Source: Eledone cirrhosa
Taxonomy: Eukaryota
DNA length: 64,000 nucleotides
Reading direction: 5' to 3'
Assembly: GCA_964016885.1 (NCBI GenBank)
Contig: OZ024765.1
Span: 10,602,001-10,666,000, forward strand
The number at the start of each line of letters is the position of its first letter. Within the stretch, counting starts at the first letter, position 1. The notes under the pieces were generated by a model. That model made no database searches and was not told the origin of the DNA. It saw nothing but the letters and a program-made list of their open reading frames with translations. The translations under genes and the position numbers were made by a program. Of the stretch, positions 24,623 through 38,603 are shown piece by piece.

Positions 24623-24960
24623 TATATTAATGAAAGGAATTCCAGCTTTGTCTGATTTACTCGTTTTATTTACAATCCTTTAAAATTATAATGGTATTAG
24701 AATGAAATAGTATGGTAGAATATTAAATGTTAAGTGTTAATTGAACAAGTAATTTCATGCTTTCGCAATCTTCAGGTTCATATTCTGTGTCACCACACAA
24801 TTTGAACCTGAAGATTGCGAAAGCATGAAAGTACTTGTTCAATTAACACTTAACATTTAATATTCTACCATACTATTTCATTCTAATACCATTATAATTT
24901 TAAAGGATTGTAAATAAAACGAGTAAATCAGACAAAGCTGGAATTCCTTTTATTAATATA
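24623..24960. mobile_element. Penelope-like fold-back (~158-bp arms, 22-nt spacer, ~2 mismatches)
   Basis: 24623-24780 versus 24803-24960 are reverse complementary; abuts (TA)n. Confidence 0.8.
24803..24841 (+). ncRNA. Minimal type I hammerhead motif (mirror on - at ~24742-24780)
   Basis: tgaac-CTGAAGA-t-tgc-gaaa-gca-t-GAAA-gtac-TT-gttca; perfect stem I and palindromic loop 3. Confidence 0.75.
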
Positions 24961-25079
24961 TATATATATATAAAGAACAAAACAAGGTTTCATGTGAACC
25001 TGAAATTTTTCTCTAAAAAATGGTTTTTTTTCCGATTCCATCCTGCCCATCCCTTCAACCTTTCTAATTTCTCATTCGT

Positions 25080-25115
25080 TCTTCTCACGAAGGACTAGTG
25101 TCCGAAACGTTAAGA
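25080..25115 (+). ncRNA. Hammerhead motif with a mutated core (CTCACGA), probably dead
   Basis: tctt-CTCACGA-a-ggac-tagt-gtcc-GAAA-cg-TT-aaga. Confidence 0.5.
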
Positions 25116-25195
25116 CCCTCTTCCTTCTATTTCAAGCATTAAACTAATATTTTCCTTCCATATACTTACTGTTTACCTTTTACACACACACACAC

Positions 25196-25255
<60 letters not shown>

Positions 25256-25302
25256 ATGTATATAATGAGTGATACAGAGAGATGACATCAGTAAAAATAT
25301 AT

Positions 25303-25418
25303 TTAGACATCAAAATAGTCAATATGGTCTCCGCTGGTGAAAATATCCTCCTCAAGAATTCCAATCAACTTCTCAATGCTGTCCTCAGTGTTGACCAATT
25401 TTGAAGAGGTGAACATCT
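25303..25418 (-). CDS. SPR: Sepiapterin reductase exon 3 (E-MFTSSKLVNTEDSIEKLIGILEEDIFTSGDHIDYFDV*)
   Basis: Matches the SPR C-terminus (human [31 protein letters not shown]); ttttgcag acceptor, phase 1, TAA stop. Confidence 0.92.
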
Positions 25419-25674
25419 CTGCAAAATATAATTAATTCACAAAATATTAGAATTACAAACCCAGAATCTTAAGAACTAGAACATATAACACAGTGGTACT
25501 TTATCCAACCCGACGCTCTACCAATTCTGCTATCCACCACAATAGACCATGATAGAATCCTTCTCTCCTTCACATATCGCACACAATTTAACACTGACTT
25601 AACTGTTGTTTTTCTCGCAGATAGCGTCCCCAGGTAACATAACTATGTGAATCAGCCTATGCTCAGAGTCTGTC

Positions 25675-25822
25675 AAAGCCAGGAGTCATGTCAGGCCAGT
25701 GCTTATCCCAGTTTTATGGCGTGAGGCCACTGTTGAATACAAGACCTCCCCCTGGACAGGATGATAGCCCATCGCTGGGTTAAATCCCCAGCTGGTACTC
25801 ATTTTCAGCTGAGTCTACTGAG
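25675..25822 (-). mobile_element. SINE fragment with a V-domain-like core (related pieces at 22320-22460 and 23020-23120)
   Basis: Minus strand gcgatgggctatcatcctgtccagggggagg...aactgggataagcactggc. Confidence 0.5.
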
Positions 25823-25825
25823 TGT

Positions 25826-26690
25826 ACCACCACCACCACCATCATAACCATCAATACCGATACCATTTAACAAAATGACCACTACTACCACTGTCACACT
25901 ACCACCATCACAATACTCACTACCATTACCACCATCACAAGCAATACTACAAAAAACACTACCACCACCACCACTACAACCACCACAACTACCACCTGTA
26001 AAACCATCACTACCACACCACCACTACAACCACCACCACTCATTACCATTACCAATGCAACCATCACCACCACTACAACCACCACCATCAAAACCATCAC
26101 CACCACTACAACCACTACCATTACAACCATCACCACCACTACAACCACTACCATTACAACCACCACTACCATTACAACCATCACCACCACCACTACCAAT
26201 ACCAATACAACCACCACCATCACCACCACTACAACCACCACCATTACAACCACTACCATTACAACCATCACCACCACTACCGATACCACCACCCAAACCA
26301 TCACCACCACTACAACCACTACCATTACAACCATCACCACCACCACTACAACCACCACCACCAAAACCATCACCACCACTACAACCACTACCACTACAAC
26401 CATCACCACCACTACCAATACCACCACCAAAACCATCACCATCACTACAACTACTACCATTACAACCATCACTACAACCACTACCATTACAACCATCACC
26501 ACCACTACAACCACTACCACTAAAACCATCACCACCACTACAACCACCACCACTACCATTACAACCATCACCACCACTACAACCACCACCATCACCAATA
26601 CCAATACAACCACCAACATCAAAACCATCACCACCACTACAACCACTACTACTACAACCACTACAACCATCACCACCACCACCAAAACAA
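25826..26690. repeat. (ACC)n/(ACT/ACA) low-complexity array in SPR intron 2
   Basis: Direct inspection. Confidence 0.95.
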
Positions 26691-26739
26691 ATACTGCCCA
26701 AGCCCCCAATCACTCCCAAGGACCATCCAATGTAGTTTA

Positions 26740-27051
<312 letters not shown>

Positions 27052-27095
27052 TTAAATGCTGTCTGGACTCTGATGTTAAGCCTCTGTCTCCCTCT

Positions 27096-27904
27096 TTAAC
27101 CCTTTAGCATATACATTACTCTATATATGCTATTGTATTTTCGCAGTAAAGGCTTTATCTTATACTAGCAGATTTACCCGGCGTTGCTCGGGGTTTGAAT
27201 TATGCTAAGAATATACAGCTAGGAAGTAAAAGAAGAACATTATTTGTCCCCAACCTGTCAAAATAAGCCGTCTCTTTATAAGGATTGTCAATAAAGTTGG
27301 TTATCTCCCTTACATCAATTTTGCTACCGATAATTTTGATATCGATTTTTTATTGCTCAGCGTGGGTCGATTTGAAAAATGTTTGTGATGTGAGAATCTT
27401 AGCGACCTGCGCAATGTGCACAGAAAATTTGGTCAAATTCAGTTGGTAATTGTAAAAGCCTTAAGTATGCAAAGTTGTACACAGTTACACACACATCCTC
27501 GCTTTTATATATATAAAGATAATTATCTCACATAATATCGAAGCTTTGAGATTTTGATATTATTTATTTTCAGAACAATACTTTAACATCAGTATGAGTG
27601 GTTAGTTAGGGCTGGTTTGAACAGAAAGAGTTGAGAGAATTCTGGCCGGCTACGGCCGGTTTGAATGCTAAAGGGTTAACCCTTTAGCATATACATTACT
27701 CTATATTTACTATTGTATTTTCTCAGTAAAGGCTTTACTTCACATAATTACCTCACATAATATTGAATCTATGAGATTTTGATATTATTTATTTTGAGAA
27801 CAATACCTTAACACAAGTATGAGTAGCTGGTTACAGCCAGTTTGAACAGAAATAGGTGAGAGAATTCTGACCGGATATGGCCGATTTAAATGCTAAAGTG
27901 TTAA
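27096..27904. mobile_element. Two tandem piggyBac-type MITEs sharing a TTAA at 27676-27679; the first is interrupted by a Helitron
   Basis: Junction gctaaagggTTAAccctttagc. Confidence 0.85.
27165..27519 (-). mobile_element. Non-autonomous Helitron
   Basis: Minus strand starts TC(TTTATATATATAAAA) and ends with hairpin ccgagcaacgccggg plus CTAG; inserted between A and T with no TSD; the MITE sequence rejoins across it. Confidence 0.85.
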
Positions 27905-28199
27905 GTTTCAGGTAGAGGTGGTCTATGTTACTGTTGATGTGGAAATTTCTGGTGTTGGTTAGGATTTTTTGGGTTTTAACATCAATGACTTGAATTTCCA
28001 ATCAAGCAGACCAAATGCTGTTGTCAGGGGAGGAACAGTAAATACATTGTGGGCCACTGATTTATAGTGTGCAGAGTTTAGAAGACAATATTTTTCTTAT
28101 TCGGGTGTTATATTCCCTGGTTACGCGTTCCTTGTTTCAAATACCATCATAGGATCATCATCATCTTCTACGCGAGCATGGGTTAGACGAAGCATATTT

Positions 28200-28560
28200 T
28201 CATAACTAAGTATTTGTAGAAGCCCTTGTCAGGTACTGTGAAACAATCAGGCCATTGATAGAGATGTTGCTAGATTTGCTTGTAGTTTTTTTCCCCACTT
28301 TACAATCATATATGAATATTTATCTTGTCCAAACTCCATTGCTATATCTTTAAAGAATGTCATAACCAGGTCAAGGTTTTTCTTCATTCCATTTATGTTC
28401 TTGGTATAGAGTTTCAGGTCATTCACAAAGAAGATACGAGATAGGTTAGTATTCCTCCCCCTAGTGAACCAATTAAGTATTCATATTTCTTCAGCAGAAA
28501 AGACAAGGGGTTTAATGACAGTATAAGACTGTCTCCTTGAAATATACTCCTGCGATATTT
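28200..28560 (-). mobile_element. R4/Dong-like non-LTR RT fragment, degenerate
   Basis: RRSIFQGDSL..LSLNPLSFLL...RIFFVNDLKLYTKN...DIAMEFGQDK (QGD and decayed YxDD motifs). Confidence 0.7.
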
Positions 28561-28734
28561 TCGGTTTTATCAGTGAAAACAGTTGTCCTACTCAACAGCT
28601 CAAGATTCTCTGACTCTGATAATGGTGTTGGGACTTTAGCAAGTTGGAGGGCCAATAGAATGACCTTTTTTGCCATTTTCAAGTAAAATGAGATTTATAT
28701 TTTGTATATATATATATTATATAAGCACACACAC

Positions 28735-29070
28735 ATCATCATCATCATTTTACGTCCACTTTTCCCTGCTTGCAAGGGTGGGATGGGAATTGATTCTGGC
28801 TTGATTTCTACAGCTGGATGCCCTTCCTAACACCAACCTCATTACAGTGAGTGCTGGGTGCTTTTTTGCCGTGGCGCCTACATGACCACTTTGCAGTGGA
28901 ATGATAGGAACCCCAGTCCCTATCATCTCATTTCTACAGCTGAGTAAACTGGAGCAATGTGAAATAAAGTGTCTTGCTCAAGGAAACAACACATCACCCG
29001 GTCTGAGAATTGAACTCGCAACCTTTCGATTGCAAGGCCAATGCTCTAACCTCTAAGCCATGTGCCTCCA
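28735..29070 (-). mobile_element. SINE family A copy
   Basis: Near-identical to 2290-2627. Confidence 0.9.
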
Positions 29071-30891
29071 TGTATATTTGTATGCATGTATTTTAATATT
29101 GTATTCGCTGTCTCTAAACAGGACATGTATAATGTATGCGTATATGTGTGTATCTATATGTATATATATATATATGTGGGCGTGTATGTATGGTGTATGT
29201 CCTGTAATGCACAGTGTTTCTTGGCCATTTTAAAACCCGGTGGAACCCAACCCCTCTTCTTTTTAGAGAGAGAAAGCGATGAAGAGATATAGAGGAAGAA
29301 TCAATCCCAGTACTGAACTTGTAAATTTTGAATATCGACCGAGAAAGGATGAAATGCGAGATGCATTGTGAATGATAATCTACAAGAATGAGGCCGAGAG
29401 CTTCATTGTACCCGTACAATATAAGCCTTCCGGCACCAAGGGGCTTAAACCCTTTCAATAATTTGTTCCAATATACTTGTGCTTTGGTTTTTACAACACT
29501 GATTTTATATTGACTCTAAATATGTTAATATGATCATGGTTTTAATGTCTTACTTAGTCTCGTATTGATGATAAAAAAAAGTCGGAGCTAATAATAATAA
29601 ATGTTTCTACTTTAGACACAAAGCCAGTAATTTGTGAGGATGGGGAAAGACGACCAAATCAACCCCCTCAGTGAATTACTGGTGCTTTATTTTATCGACC
29701 GTGTACACAAAAATATATTATCAAAGTGTGAGAAAACAAACACGGTGTTTGGCCGATTGGCGCACTTAGTGGTGGATTGATGGGTTTTTTTGTTTTTTTT
29801 TTCGAGTAGGCTATGTAGCCGGTAAACACTAAAGGGACGCAACACACATCCCTATAGCGTTTCACCAGCCCTTTCATTCTATTGTCTGCATCTGTTTATG
29901 TATTTCCGTGTAGATGTGTGTGTATGTAACTAAAGCGTAACGTACGTTGTGAATAGACGACTAAATGATTTTAACTTGTTTTTTAACAATTGATGGTGTT
30001 TGATACTCTTACCGATTACATAGCCTCTTCCTTTTTTGTGTGCCTTTTCTCTGGCTTTGTTTATATATTTTTGTGTATTATATTTATAAGGTTGTTAGCA
30101 ATAATACACGTGTACAGTATATATATACTTAAGCCCCACCACTCCCAAAACTGTATCGGAAGCTCTACAATATAAACATGATAGCCACAAGAACTTTATA
30201 GAAAGTTTTATTCAGTTGTATAAAAAATATAATAATATAATGTTTACCGAACGAAAACACAAACAAATACAATATATACAAAGGAAAGGGAAAGGAAAAA
30301 GAGAGAACATACGCAGGTAATACACACACCTAGGACCACATACAACAAAAGGCAGACGAAAGGAGAGGACAAACGTACTACTGCCTGAGAGAGTGAACTT
30401 ACAGAATTTATCGACATGATAGCCACAAGAATGAAACTGAGAGAGTCAACTTAAAGAATCTATCGGCGTGATAGCCACAAGAATAAGGGAGTCAACTTTA
30501 CCCTTTAGTATTTAAACCGGCCATATCCAGCCAGAATTCTCTCACCTCTTTCTAGCCATTTATATGCACTGTTTATATTTTCATTCTGAAGGAATTGCAA
30601 ACGATTTGTAATGTTGTTCGTGCAACTATGAAGTATTAATTGTATTATATCTGTTTATATTTTCATTCTGTAAGAATTATAAACAATAAAACTTTTGTTT
30701 ATACTGATGTTAAGGTAATGTTCTCAAAATAAATAGCATCAAAATCTCATAGATTCGATATTATGTGAGATAAATCATTTACAGTGAAAATACAATAGTA
30801 TATATAGAGTAATGTAAATGATAAAGGTTCAACTTAAAGAATTCATCGACAGATGACAGCCACATGAATGAGGCTGAGGGAGTGAACTTAC

Positions 30892-31432
30892 CTGTACAGT
30901 ATAAACTAAAGGAATTCATTGGCATGACAGCCGCCAGCGACGAGATATTGACAATAGTACACTTGCTGGTATCATCGAACAGTTCCAAGCATTTGCTATT
31001 TAATACGATCATTCCAGTGACATTAACGTTCAGGTATTCACAGACTTCATCGAAATCGTTTAACTGTGAAGATTTCTTAGAAATATCACCCAAAGAACCG
31101 CAGTTATGGATGAGCAAATATTTGTTGAAACTATGTCGCAGTTTGCGGAGTTGATTGCGAATGTCTTCGAATAACTTTGTCGCCGCTTCTTCACTAAGAA
31201 GACCCTGGTCGAAGTAAAATGGTAATATGTGATCAGGAGAAAGGTGGGACATCTGTAACATTTCTTCTTTGACGGCTTCCATGTCGTTCTTAGATCGAGC
31301 TAGGAGGATGAAAACGGAATCAGATTTGAATGTTTGGCTTAGCCCAACGGCTAAGCTCCGTCCGAAACCACGACTAGCGCCCGACACGACACATAGCGCT
31401 GTCAGGTCTTTGAGGGCTACGTTTGAACACAT
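30892..31432 (-). CDS. SPR: Sepiapterin reductase exon 1 (SDR family)
   Basis: VVSGASRGFG Rossmann motif, LLIHNCGSLGD, VNISSLAA..P.....LYCT; G|gtaagt donor; the YxxxK motif (YCTGK) is completed by exon 2; total CDS 810 nt. Confidence 0.95.
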
Positions 31433-32938
31433 CTTAATGTTACCGATACGGAAACAAGAAAAATAAAATACAAATATTTACAAATATATATGTAAGTATT
31501 ATATGTGTATGAAATTTAAAATATAAATATCTTAAGATATACAAGTATTATATGTATAAAAATAAAAGCAAATCTATGTATTTTTAGTGAATGGATCTGT
31601 GGTAGTATTTAAATCAAATGAAAGGCCTGTGTTTCAGGTACGATAAATGAAGAGATTGTCTCTCAAACGACTCGTAATAAATGTGCGACGTGTTGGGAGC
31701 GAAAACAAAAACAAAAACATTTCTAATCTGACAAGGGAGATAACTATAACTGACTAATTTTAAATATGAAAACAAACATTTTTTAAATCCACGCGCCCAC
31801 GCATTTATTATGATTAAAGTCATGTGACGGACTAAAATACATTGGTATATGTGTTCGAATTCCGGTGTATACCCCATCGACGGCTATATCACTTGTGCTC
31901 TGCTTTTTGTACATTAACCACCTGGTTGCTCAGTCATACATGCACACACATGTATATCATTAATAAGTAGGAACGGCAAGAGCTCAGCTGTCGGGCCTCG
32001 ACTCTCTCTCTCTCTCTCTTATATATATACCCTCCCAAAGTATAACAATATATATATATATATATATATAGTGAAAAATGGAACGGGAACAAAGCAGTAC
32101 AAACAAAGGTTTATTAGTTTCACCCTCTTGAGAGTGGGGTGGTGGATATATATATATATATATTGGTAAAAGGAAAAGAAAATGCTGACAAATTTTTCCC
32201 AGTGAAAAATAGTTTAATTAGGAATAAGTATAAATTAGTAATAAGTATTGGTTAGTATTCAGTTTTAGTTTTAAGTTTTTACCGGTTGCGCATTTCTAAT
32301 GCTTTTCCAAAATAATTTTGAGATAGAGCGCCCGTGATGTTTGCTCTAATCAGATTTGAGCAAACATCTCAAAATTATTTTTGAAAAGCATTAGAAATGC
32401 GCAAGCCGTCGGGGTCATACTTTTTCCTATTTCCCACTCTACTACCCTAAGTATTGAGTACTCTGGTGCGTTATGGTTCATCTGGTTCCTTACCACAATT
32501 CCTTTGTTATATATATATATATATATATATACCTCACTTTTCGTTGCATTACCATCTTTGATTGTTTACAGTCTCGCTCGTTCCCCCTATTTACGTGTCC
32601 CAACGACTTTCTTTAGCCGTTGCTCGCACTAACCGGAGGTATATGGTCTTTAAAGCGATGAAATACCAATGAAGGTTGGAAGATCACTGATGAAAGACTA
32701 AATTTATTCATATATATATATATAAGTAGAAGGGGTATTTAATTTGTTGGCAGTCCGACAAATATAAATGATTATAACTGATTTAGAGCACTCAACAGTT
32801 TACTGGAGTAAATATTCAAGGATATTAAATAAATGGAAACTATATTTATTCTATTATATATATTTCACTATCCAGTGAATTTCCAACCGATAAGGTATGG
32901 TTTTCATGGGTATGTCTCTATTTATAAAACAAACTTTG

Positions 32939-33001
32939 TATTTTATCTGATGAAAGTGTACCAACATATCTTGGTACCCTTGAAATATATATAATAGAAT
33001 A
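32939..33001 (+). ncRNA. Type I hammerhead motif, same family as 8080-8145, within a partly inverted insertion (32722-33047)
   Basis: tattttat-CTGATGA-aagtgtaccaa-catatc-ttggtaccctt-GAAA-tatata-TA-atagaata. Confidence 0.72.
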
Positions 33002-33045
33002 AATATGGTTTAATAAATATAGTTTCCATTTATTTAATATCATTG

Positions 33046-33153
<108 letters not shown>

Positions 33154-33189
33154 TAAAATAACAGATTTTAGTCTTCAAATTTATTATTC

Positions 33190-33365
33190 TTGGCAGTATC
33201 TGCAGAGGGTCGGACGCCATGCTTTCTAGCATAGTTACGTCCCTTTACGATCTGAGTTCAAATCCCACCGAGGTTGACTTTGCCTTTACGGGGTCGATAA
33301 AATAAAGTACCAGTAATGCACTGGGGTAATTGCTGGCCTTGTGCCTAAAGTAGAAACAATTACTA
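33190..33365 (+). mobile_element. SINE family M copy
   Basis: Same head, core and tail as 20493-20705. Confidence 0.8.
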
Positions 33366-33473
33366 TTATATGGGGTAACAAGTTATTGTTATAGGTAATC
33401 CAGTTAGAGGTTGTGAGTACTCTGTGTCGTGGATATACCTGAAATAAAGCGCCTTGTTGTACAGCCAACCATG

Positions 33474-33691
33474 TTACCCTTTAGCATTTAAACCGACCAT
33501 ATTCGGCCAGAATTCTCTCACCTCTTTCTGATCAAACCGGCTGCTCATACTTATGTTAAGGTATTGTTCTCAAAATAAATAATATCAAAATCTTGTACAT
33601 TCGACATTATACGAGATAATTATGTCAGATAAAGTGTTTACCGTGAAAATACAATATTAAATATAGAGTAATGTAAATGGTAAAGGGTTAA
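33474..33691. mobile_element. piggyBac-type MITE, unit length ~220 bp
   Basis: ccctttagcattt...taaagggTTAA. Confidence 0.8.
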
Positions 33692-33758
33692 ACATACATA
33701 TACTTACATCCACATACACAAACATACATTCATGTATACATACACAATGCATATAAAT

Positions 33759-33889
<131 letters not shown>

Positions 33890-33981
33890 TAGGAGGTGAG
33901 TTTTATTGTAGCACAATAAAGCAATGCAAATATCGGATAAGTAGCACTCTACAATTTGTAGGACTGGAGTATAAATAATAC

Positions 33982-34354
33982 AAGATCAAAAGATGGTTAA
34001 AAGAGTTCCAAATATTTTATTATGCGCATTTCAAAAACAAATATCATCATGGGATGATATCTGCGTTTTCATCAGATAAAATAGGGATACATGATATGAA
34101 GGTTAAAAAAAAAAACACTTGTGAATAGTGAAGTTTTAAATCAACATATTTTTTTCCCAATCTCATACATCAATCTTAAATTATTTTTCATATGTTGATT
34201 TAAAACTTCACTATTCACAAGTGTTTTTTTTAAAGCTTCATATCATGTCTCCCCATTTTATCTGATGAAAACGCAGATATCATCCCATGATGATATTTGT
34301 TTTTGAAATGCGCATAATAAAATACTTGGAACTCTTTTAACCATCTTTTGATCT

Positions 34355-34355
<1 letters not shown>
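33982..34355. mobile_element. Penelope-like fold-back (~167-bp arms, ~40-nt spacer)
   Basis: 33982-34149 versus 34190-34355 are reverse complementary with few mismatches; ends in (TA)n. Confidence 0.8.
34255..34323 (+). ncRNA. Type I hammerhead motif (mirror on - at ~34014-34082)
   Basis: attttat-CTGATGA-aaacgcagatatcatc-ccat-gatgatatttgttttt-GAAA-tgcgca-TA-ataaaat. Confidence 0.78.
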
Positions 34356-34426
<71 letters not shown>

Positions 34427-35023
34427 TAGGAGTAAGTAAGACCCCGACGCTGAGCTCAAGCCGTTTCGACGGCTAATATTGTACTATACTATATATATAT
34501 ATATATATTTCTGGTGAAGCATATAGACAATATGCCCCCACACCCTCCCACTGCAAAGTGGTCGTGGCAAAAAAGCACCCAGCCACACTGTAAAGGGGTC
34601 GGCGCGACGGAAAAAAAGCACCCAGCACTAATGAGGTTGGTGTTAGGAAGGGCATCCAACTGTAGAAATCAAGCCAGAATCAGTTCCTGTATGAGCACAA
34701 GGTCAGCCGACCAGACACTGCCACAACAGGACAACCCGTCTAACCCATTCTAGCATGGAAGAACGGACATAAAACGGTGATGATGATGATGACACATATA
34801 CCTACCATACCCATACATACATTCATCTCCATGTAGCTATCCATCTATCAGTACGTCCATACTTACATCCTTACACACACATACATGCATACATACATAC
34901 ACGCATCTATCCACACACATATATATACATATATACTTACACACACATATATATATATATATTTTATTTACACACACATATATATATATATACTTACACA
35001 CACATATATATATATATACTTAC

Positions 35024-35066
<43 letters not shown>

Positions 35067-35308
35067 CGCGTGTATGGATAGATGCGTGTATGTATGTATA
35101 TATATGTACACAGGGTGTCCCCCCAAAATGTATACACATATTTATTAGAATGCTGTGAAGTGTATATACATTTTTTGAGACACCCTTTATATAAATGTAT
35201 GTATATGTAGGATTAAATGTATGTATATATATATATATATATAAATATACACACGTAGATGTTTGCGTATATGCGCGCGCGCACACACAATATATATATA
35301 TGTATAAT

Positions 35309-35508
35309 NNNNNNNNNNNNNNNNNNNNNNNNNNNNNNNNNNNNNNNNNNNNNNNNNNNNNNNNNNNNNNNNNNNNNNNNNNNNNNNNNNNNNNNNNNNN
35401 NNNNNNNNNNNNNNNNNNNNNNNNNNNNNNNNNNNNNNNNNNNNNNNNNNNNNNNNNNNNNNNNNNNNNNNNNNNNNNNNNNNNNNNNNNNNNNNNNNNN
35501 NNNNNNNN
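35309..35508. other. Assembly gap (200 N)
   Basis: Run of N. Confidence 1.
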
Positions 35509-35816
35509 CCTGTTTTCTTTAACATCTCTTTCTCTTTCACCACCTCCTACTTAGTCTGTAACCTTACTATTTCTCTCTGCCTCCTCCTCTTCCTCTCTTA
35601 GTCATACTTCCTTTTACATCTCTATTTCTTTCCCTACCTCTTACTCTGAAACTCTTACTATATCTCTCCGACTCCTTCTCAACCTTAGTCTTACGATATT
35701 TTTCCTCATACTCCCTCTCGTCGCCTTTTGGTTACATAGTTACTATATCTTTCTATCAGTCTTTCTCTCCTTTCTTCTCTTTCTTTTTCTTCCCCTGTTT
35801 CTCTTCTCTCTCTCAC

Positions 35817-35851
<35 letters not shown>

Positions 35852-37097
35852 ACTACTTCAGATTTACTCTCCCTACGCCTTTTTCTCTTCATCATTCTTC
35901 CTCTCTATATCTTTTCTCTCTATATCTATCTTCCACTCTCTATATCTATTCCCCCTCTCTATATCTGACTATATCTATTTTCCCCTCTCTATATCTATCT
36001 TTCCCTTTCTATATCTGTCAATATCTATTTCCCCCTCTCTATATCTGCCTATATCTATCTTCCCCTTTCTATAACTCTTCTATCTATTTTTCCCCTCTCT
36101 ATATATCTCTTTATCTATCCTTACCCGTTCTATATCTTTATCTATCCTTCTATTTTTCTATCTATTCCCCTATTTCTATATCTATCTTTCTTTCTCTCTC
36201 TATATATGTATATTTCTCCTTTCGATCTCTTTCTCTATCTATTTTCCCCCTCTTTTTAATCTATCTATCTATCTATATTTCTACATCTGTCTTTCCCCCC
36301 TCTCGTTTTCTCTCTATTTATCCCCTCTCTAACTCTTTCTCTATCTATTCTTCCCTTTTATCTATCTGTATATCTATCTTCCCCCTCGCTAACTCTATTT
36401 TTGTATGTCTCTTTCCCTCTATCTATCTCCTCCATCTCTAACTCTTTCTCTGTCTATTCCTTCCTTCTATGTCTTTTTAAATCTATATTTCCCCTCTCTA
36501 TATATTTCTATACCTATTTATTTTCCCCTCTCTAACACTATTTCTATTTATTCCTCTCTTTTTTCTGTTTATTTCCCTCTCTTTTGTCTCTTAGTCTATC
36601 TATCGTACCCTCTCTAACTCTTTCTCAATCTCCTCTCTCTTTTTCTGTCTATTCTTCTCCCTTCTATTTTTTAGTCTATCTATCTTACCCCTATCTAAAT
36701 CTCTATCTCCTCTCTATTCCCCTCCGTTCTATCTTTCATTCTATCTATCTTACCCCTCTCTAACTCTATCTCTATCTCTTTCATCTCTCTATTTCCCTCT
36801 GCTTTATCTCTTATTCTATCTATCATATCCCTCTCTAACTCTATCTGTATCTATTTCTTCTCTCTATTCCCCTCCCCTTTATCTCTTATTCTATCTATCT
36901 TACCCTTCTCTAACTCTATCTGTATCTATTTCTTCCCTCCCCTTTATCTCTCATTCTATCTATCTTACCCCTCTCTAACTCTATCTCTATCTATTTCTTC
37001 TCTCTATTTCCCTCTGCTTTATCTCTTATTCTATCTATCTTACCCCTCTCTAACTCTATCTTTAATTTTCCTCCTCTCCCTTTCCCTCTCGTTCTTT
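35509..37097. repeat. ~1.6 kb pyrimidine-rich (C/T, ctat-containing) strand-asymmetric tract
   Basis: Very few G on the + strand; degenerate tctatctatcttacccctctctaac units. Confidence 0.9.
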
Positions 37098-37140
37098 GCC
37101 GGCTACTGCTGCTACTCCAGCTTTCTCGCCATCTTGGAGA
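37095..37140 (+). promoter_or_regulatory. Candidate PICALM TSS region with a YY1-like motif CGCCATCTT (37127-37135)
   Basis: Abrupt switch from the pyrimidine tract to unique GC-richer sequence; YY1 consensus; ~1.5 kb upstream of the ATG. Confidence 0.35.
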
Positions 37141-37465
37141 GAGTGTGTGTGTTGTTGTCATCCTTTGAGAGAGAAAGAAGCACTGCCTTCCAACTTGTCT
37201 TATAACAGACATTATTACACTGCTGGTTTAACAAGAAAATATTTGCAACCACCCCTCCCAAGTTTTTTTTTTGAAACCAACATATATACATCCATACACA
37301 CAGACATCTATCTATCTTTATATATATCCAACATATATACATACGCACACACAGATCTATCTATCTGAAATACACACGCATTTATCCATCTATATATAAA
37401 TATATATATCAAACATCACACAGATTATATATATTCATATATATATATTAATCAAACATACACAC

Positions 37466-37529
<64 letters not shown>

Positions 37530-37573
37530 AGAAAAAACAAGAGACAGAAACCGTCACCACCACCACCACAAGT

Positions 37574-37655
<82 letters not shown>

Positions 37656-38110
37656 CACACACACACACTTGAATAACATCAAGAACATTACATCTAATTC
37701 AACTTTCAAATATCCATTCTTCAACCGCTGCCACCGCTATTGAAAAACCACAAACATATTCCATCTCTTTGCTATTCAAGCATACATATATACACACACA
37801 CACATATATATATTTATATATATAAACACACTCATATATAACCATATATATATATATATATATTGGTTGAAGGAGTTTGTGGTGACACCCACCGCAATAT
37901 AATATCTTGATTTCGGGAACTGATTCTTAAAACACTTCTAAATCAACATCTTTTAGTTCCTATTTTCCTTCTATTTTCCTCATTCTTCCTCCTTCCTTCT
38001 TCATCTCGTTCTTTTTCTTCAATCTATTTCCTTCATCAACCTACGTCTTGATTCATTTCAATTCTATCACATATACACCCATCCATCCATATATACTTAC
38101 ACATACATAC

Positions 38111-38166
<56 letters not shown>

Positions 38167-38603
38167 TTATATAATATTATATACACACAAGTTCAAGTCT
38201 GTTGATGCGATTGTGGTGGTGGTGGAGGCGGTGGTGGTGAAATCCTACATCATTTTCAATGTATCTTATTTATTTCCTACCCGAAAAAAACTATTTTGCA
38301 GTGAAAACTCGCCACCGAACACAACATATATAATATTTAATAATAATAATAATAATAATAACACCAATAACAATAACATACAATATAATTTGGATATATA
38401 ATAATTATAGTACCAATACTAATAATATCAGTTAATTAATTTAACGTTGATATTAGTAAGTAATAAACCCACCCCTCCCGCTTGGCCCGGGAAAAAAGAA
38501 ACACACGTATATATATATATTATATATATAATATAAACCAACAGACTTTCCCTTAATCAGTTAAAACCAACCGTTTGCGCTGGCATCCAGACCATCACTC
38601 ACC

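Noticed and set aside
30779-30891. C-terminal part of the 217-aa ORF
   Set aside because: Intron read-through past the GTAAGT donor into a MITE.
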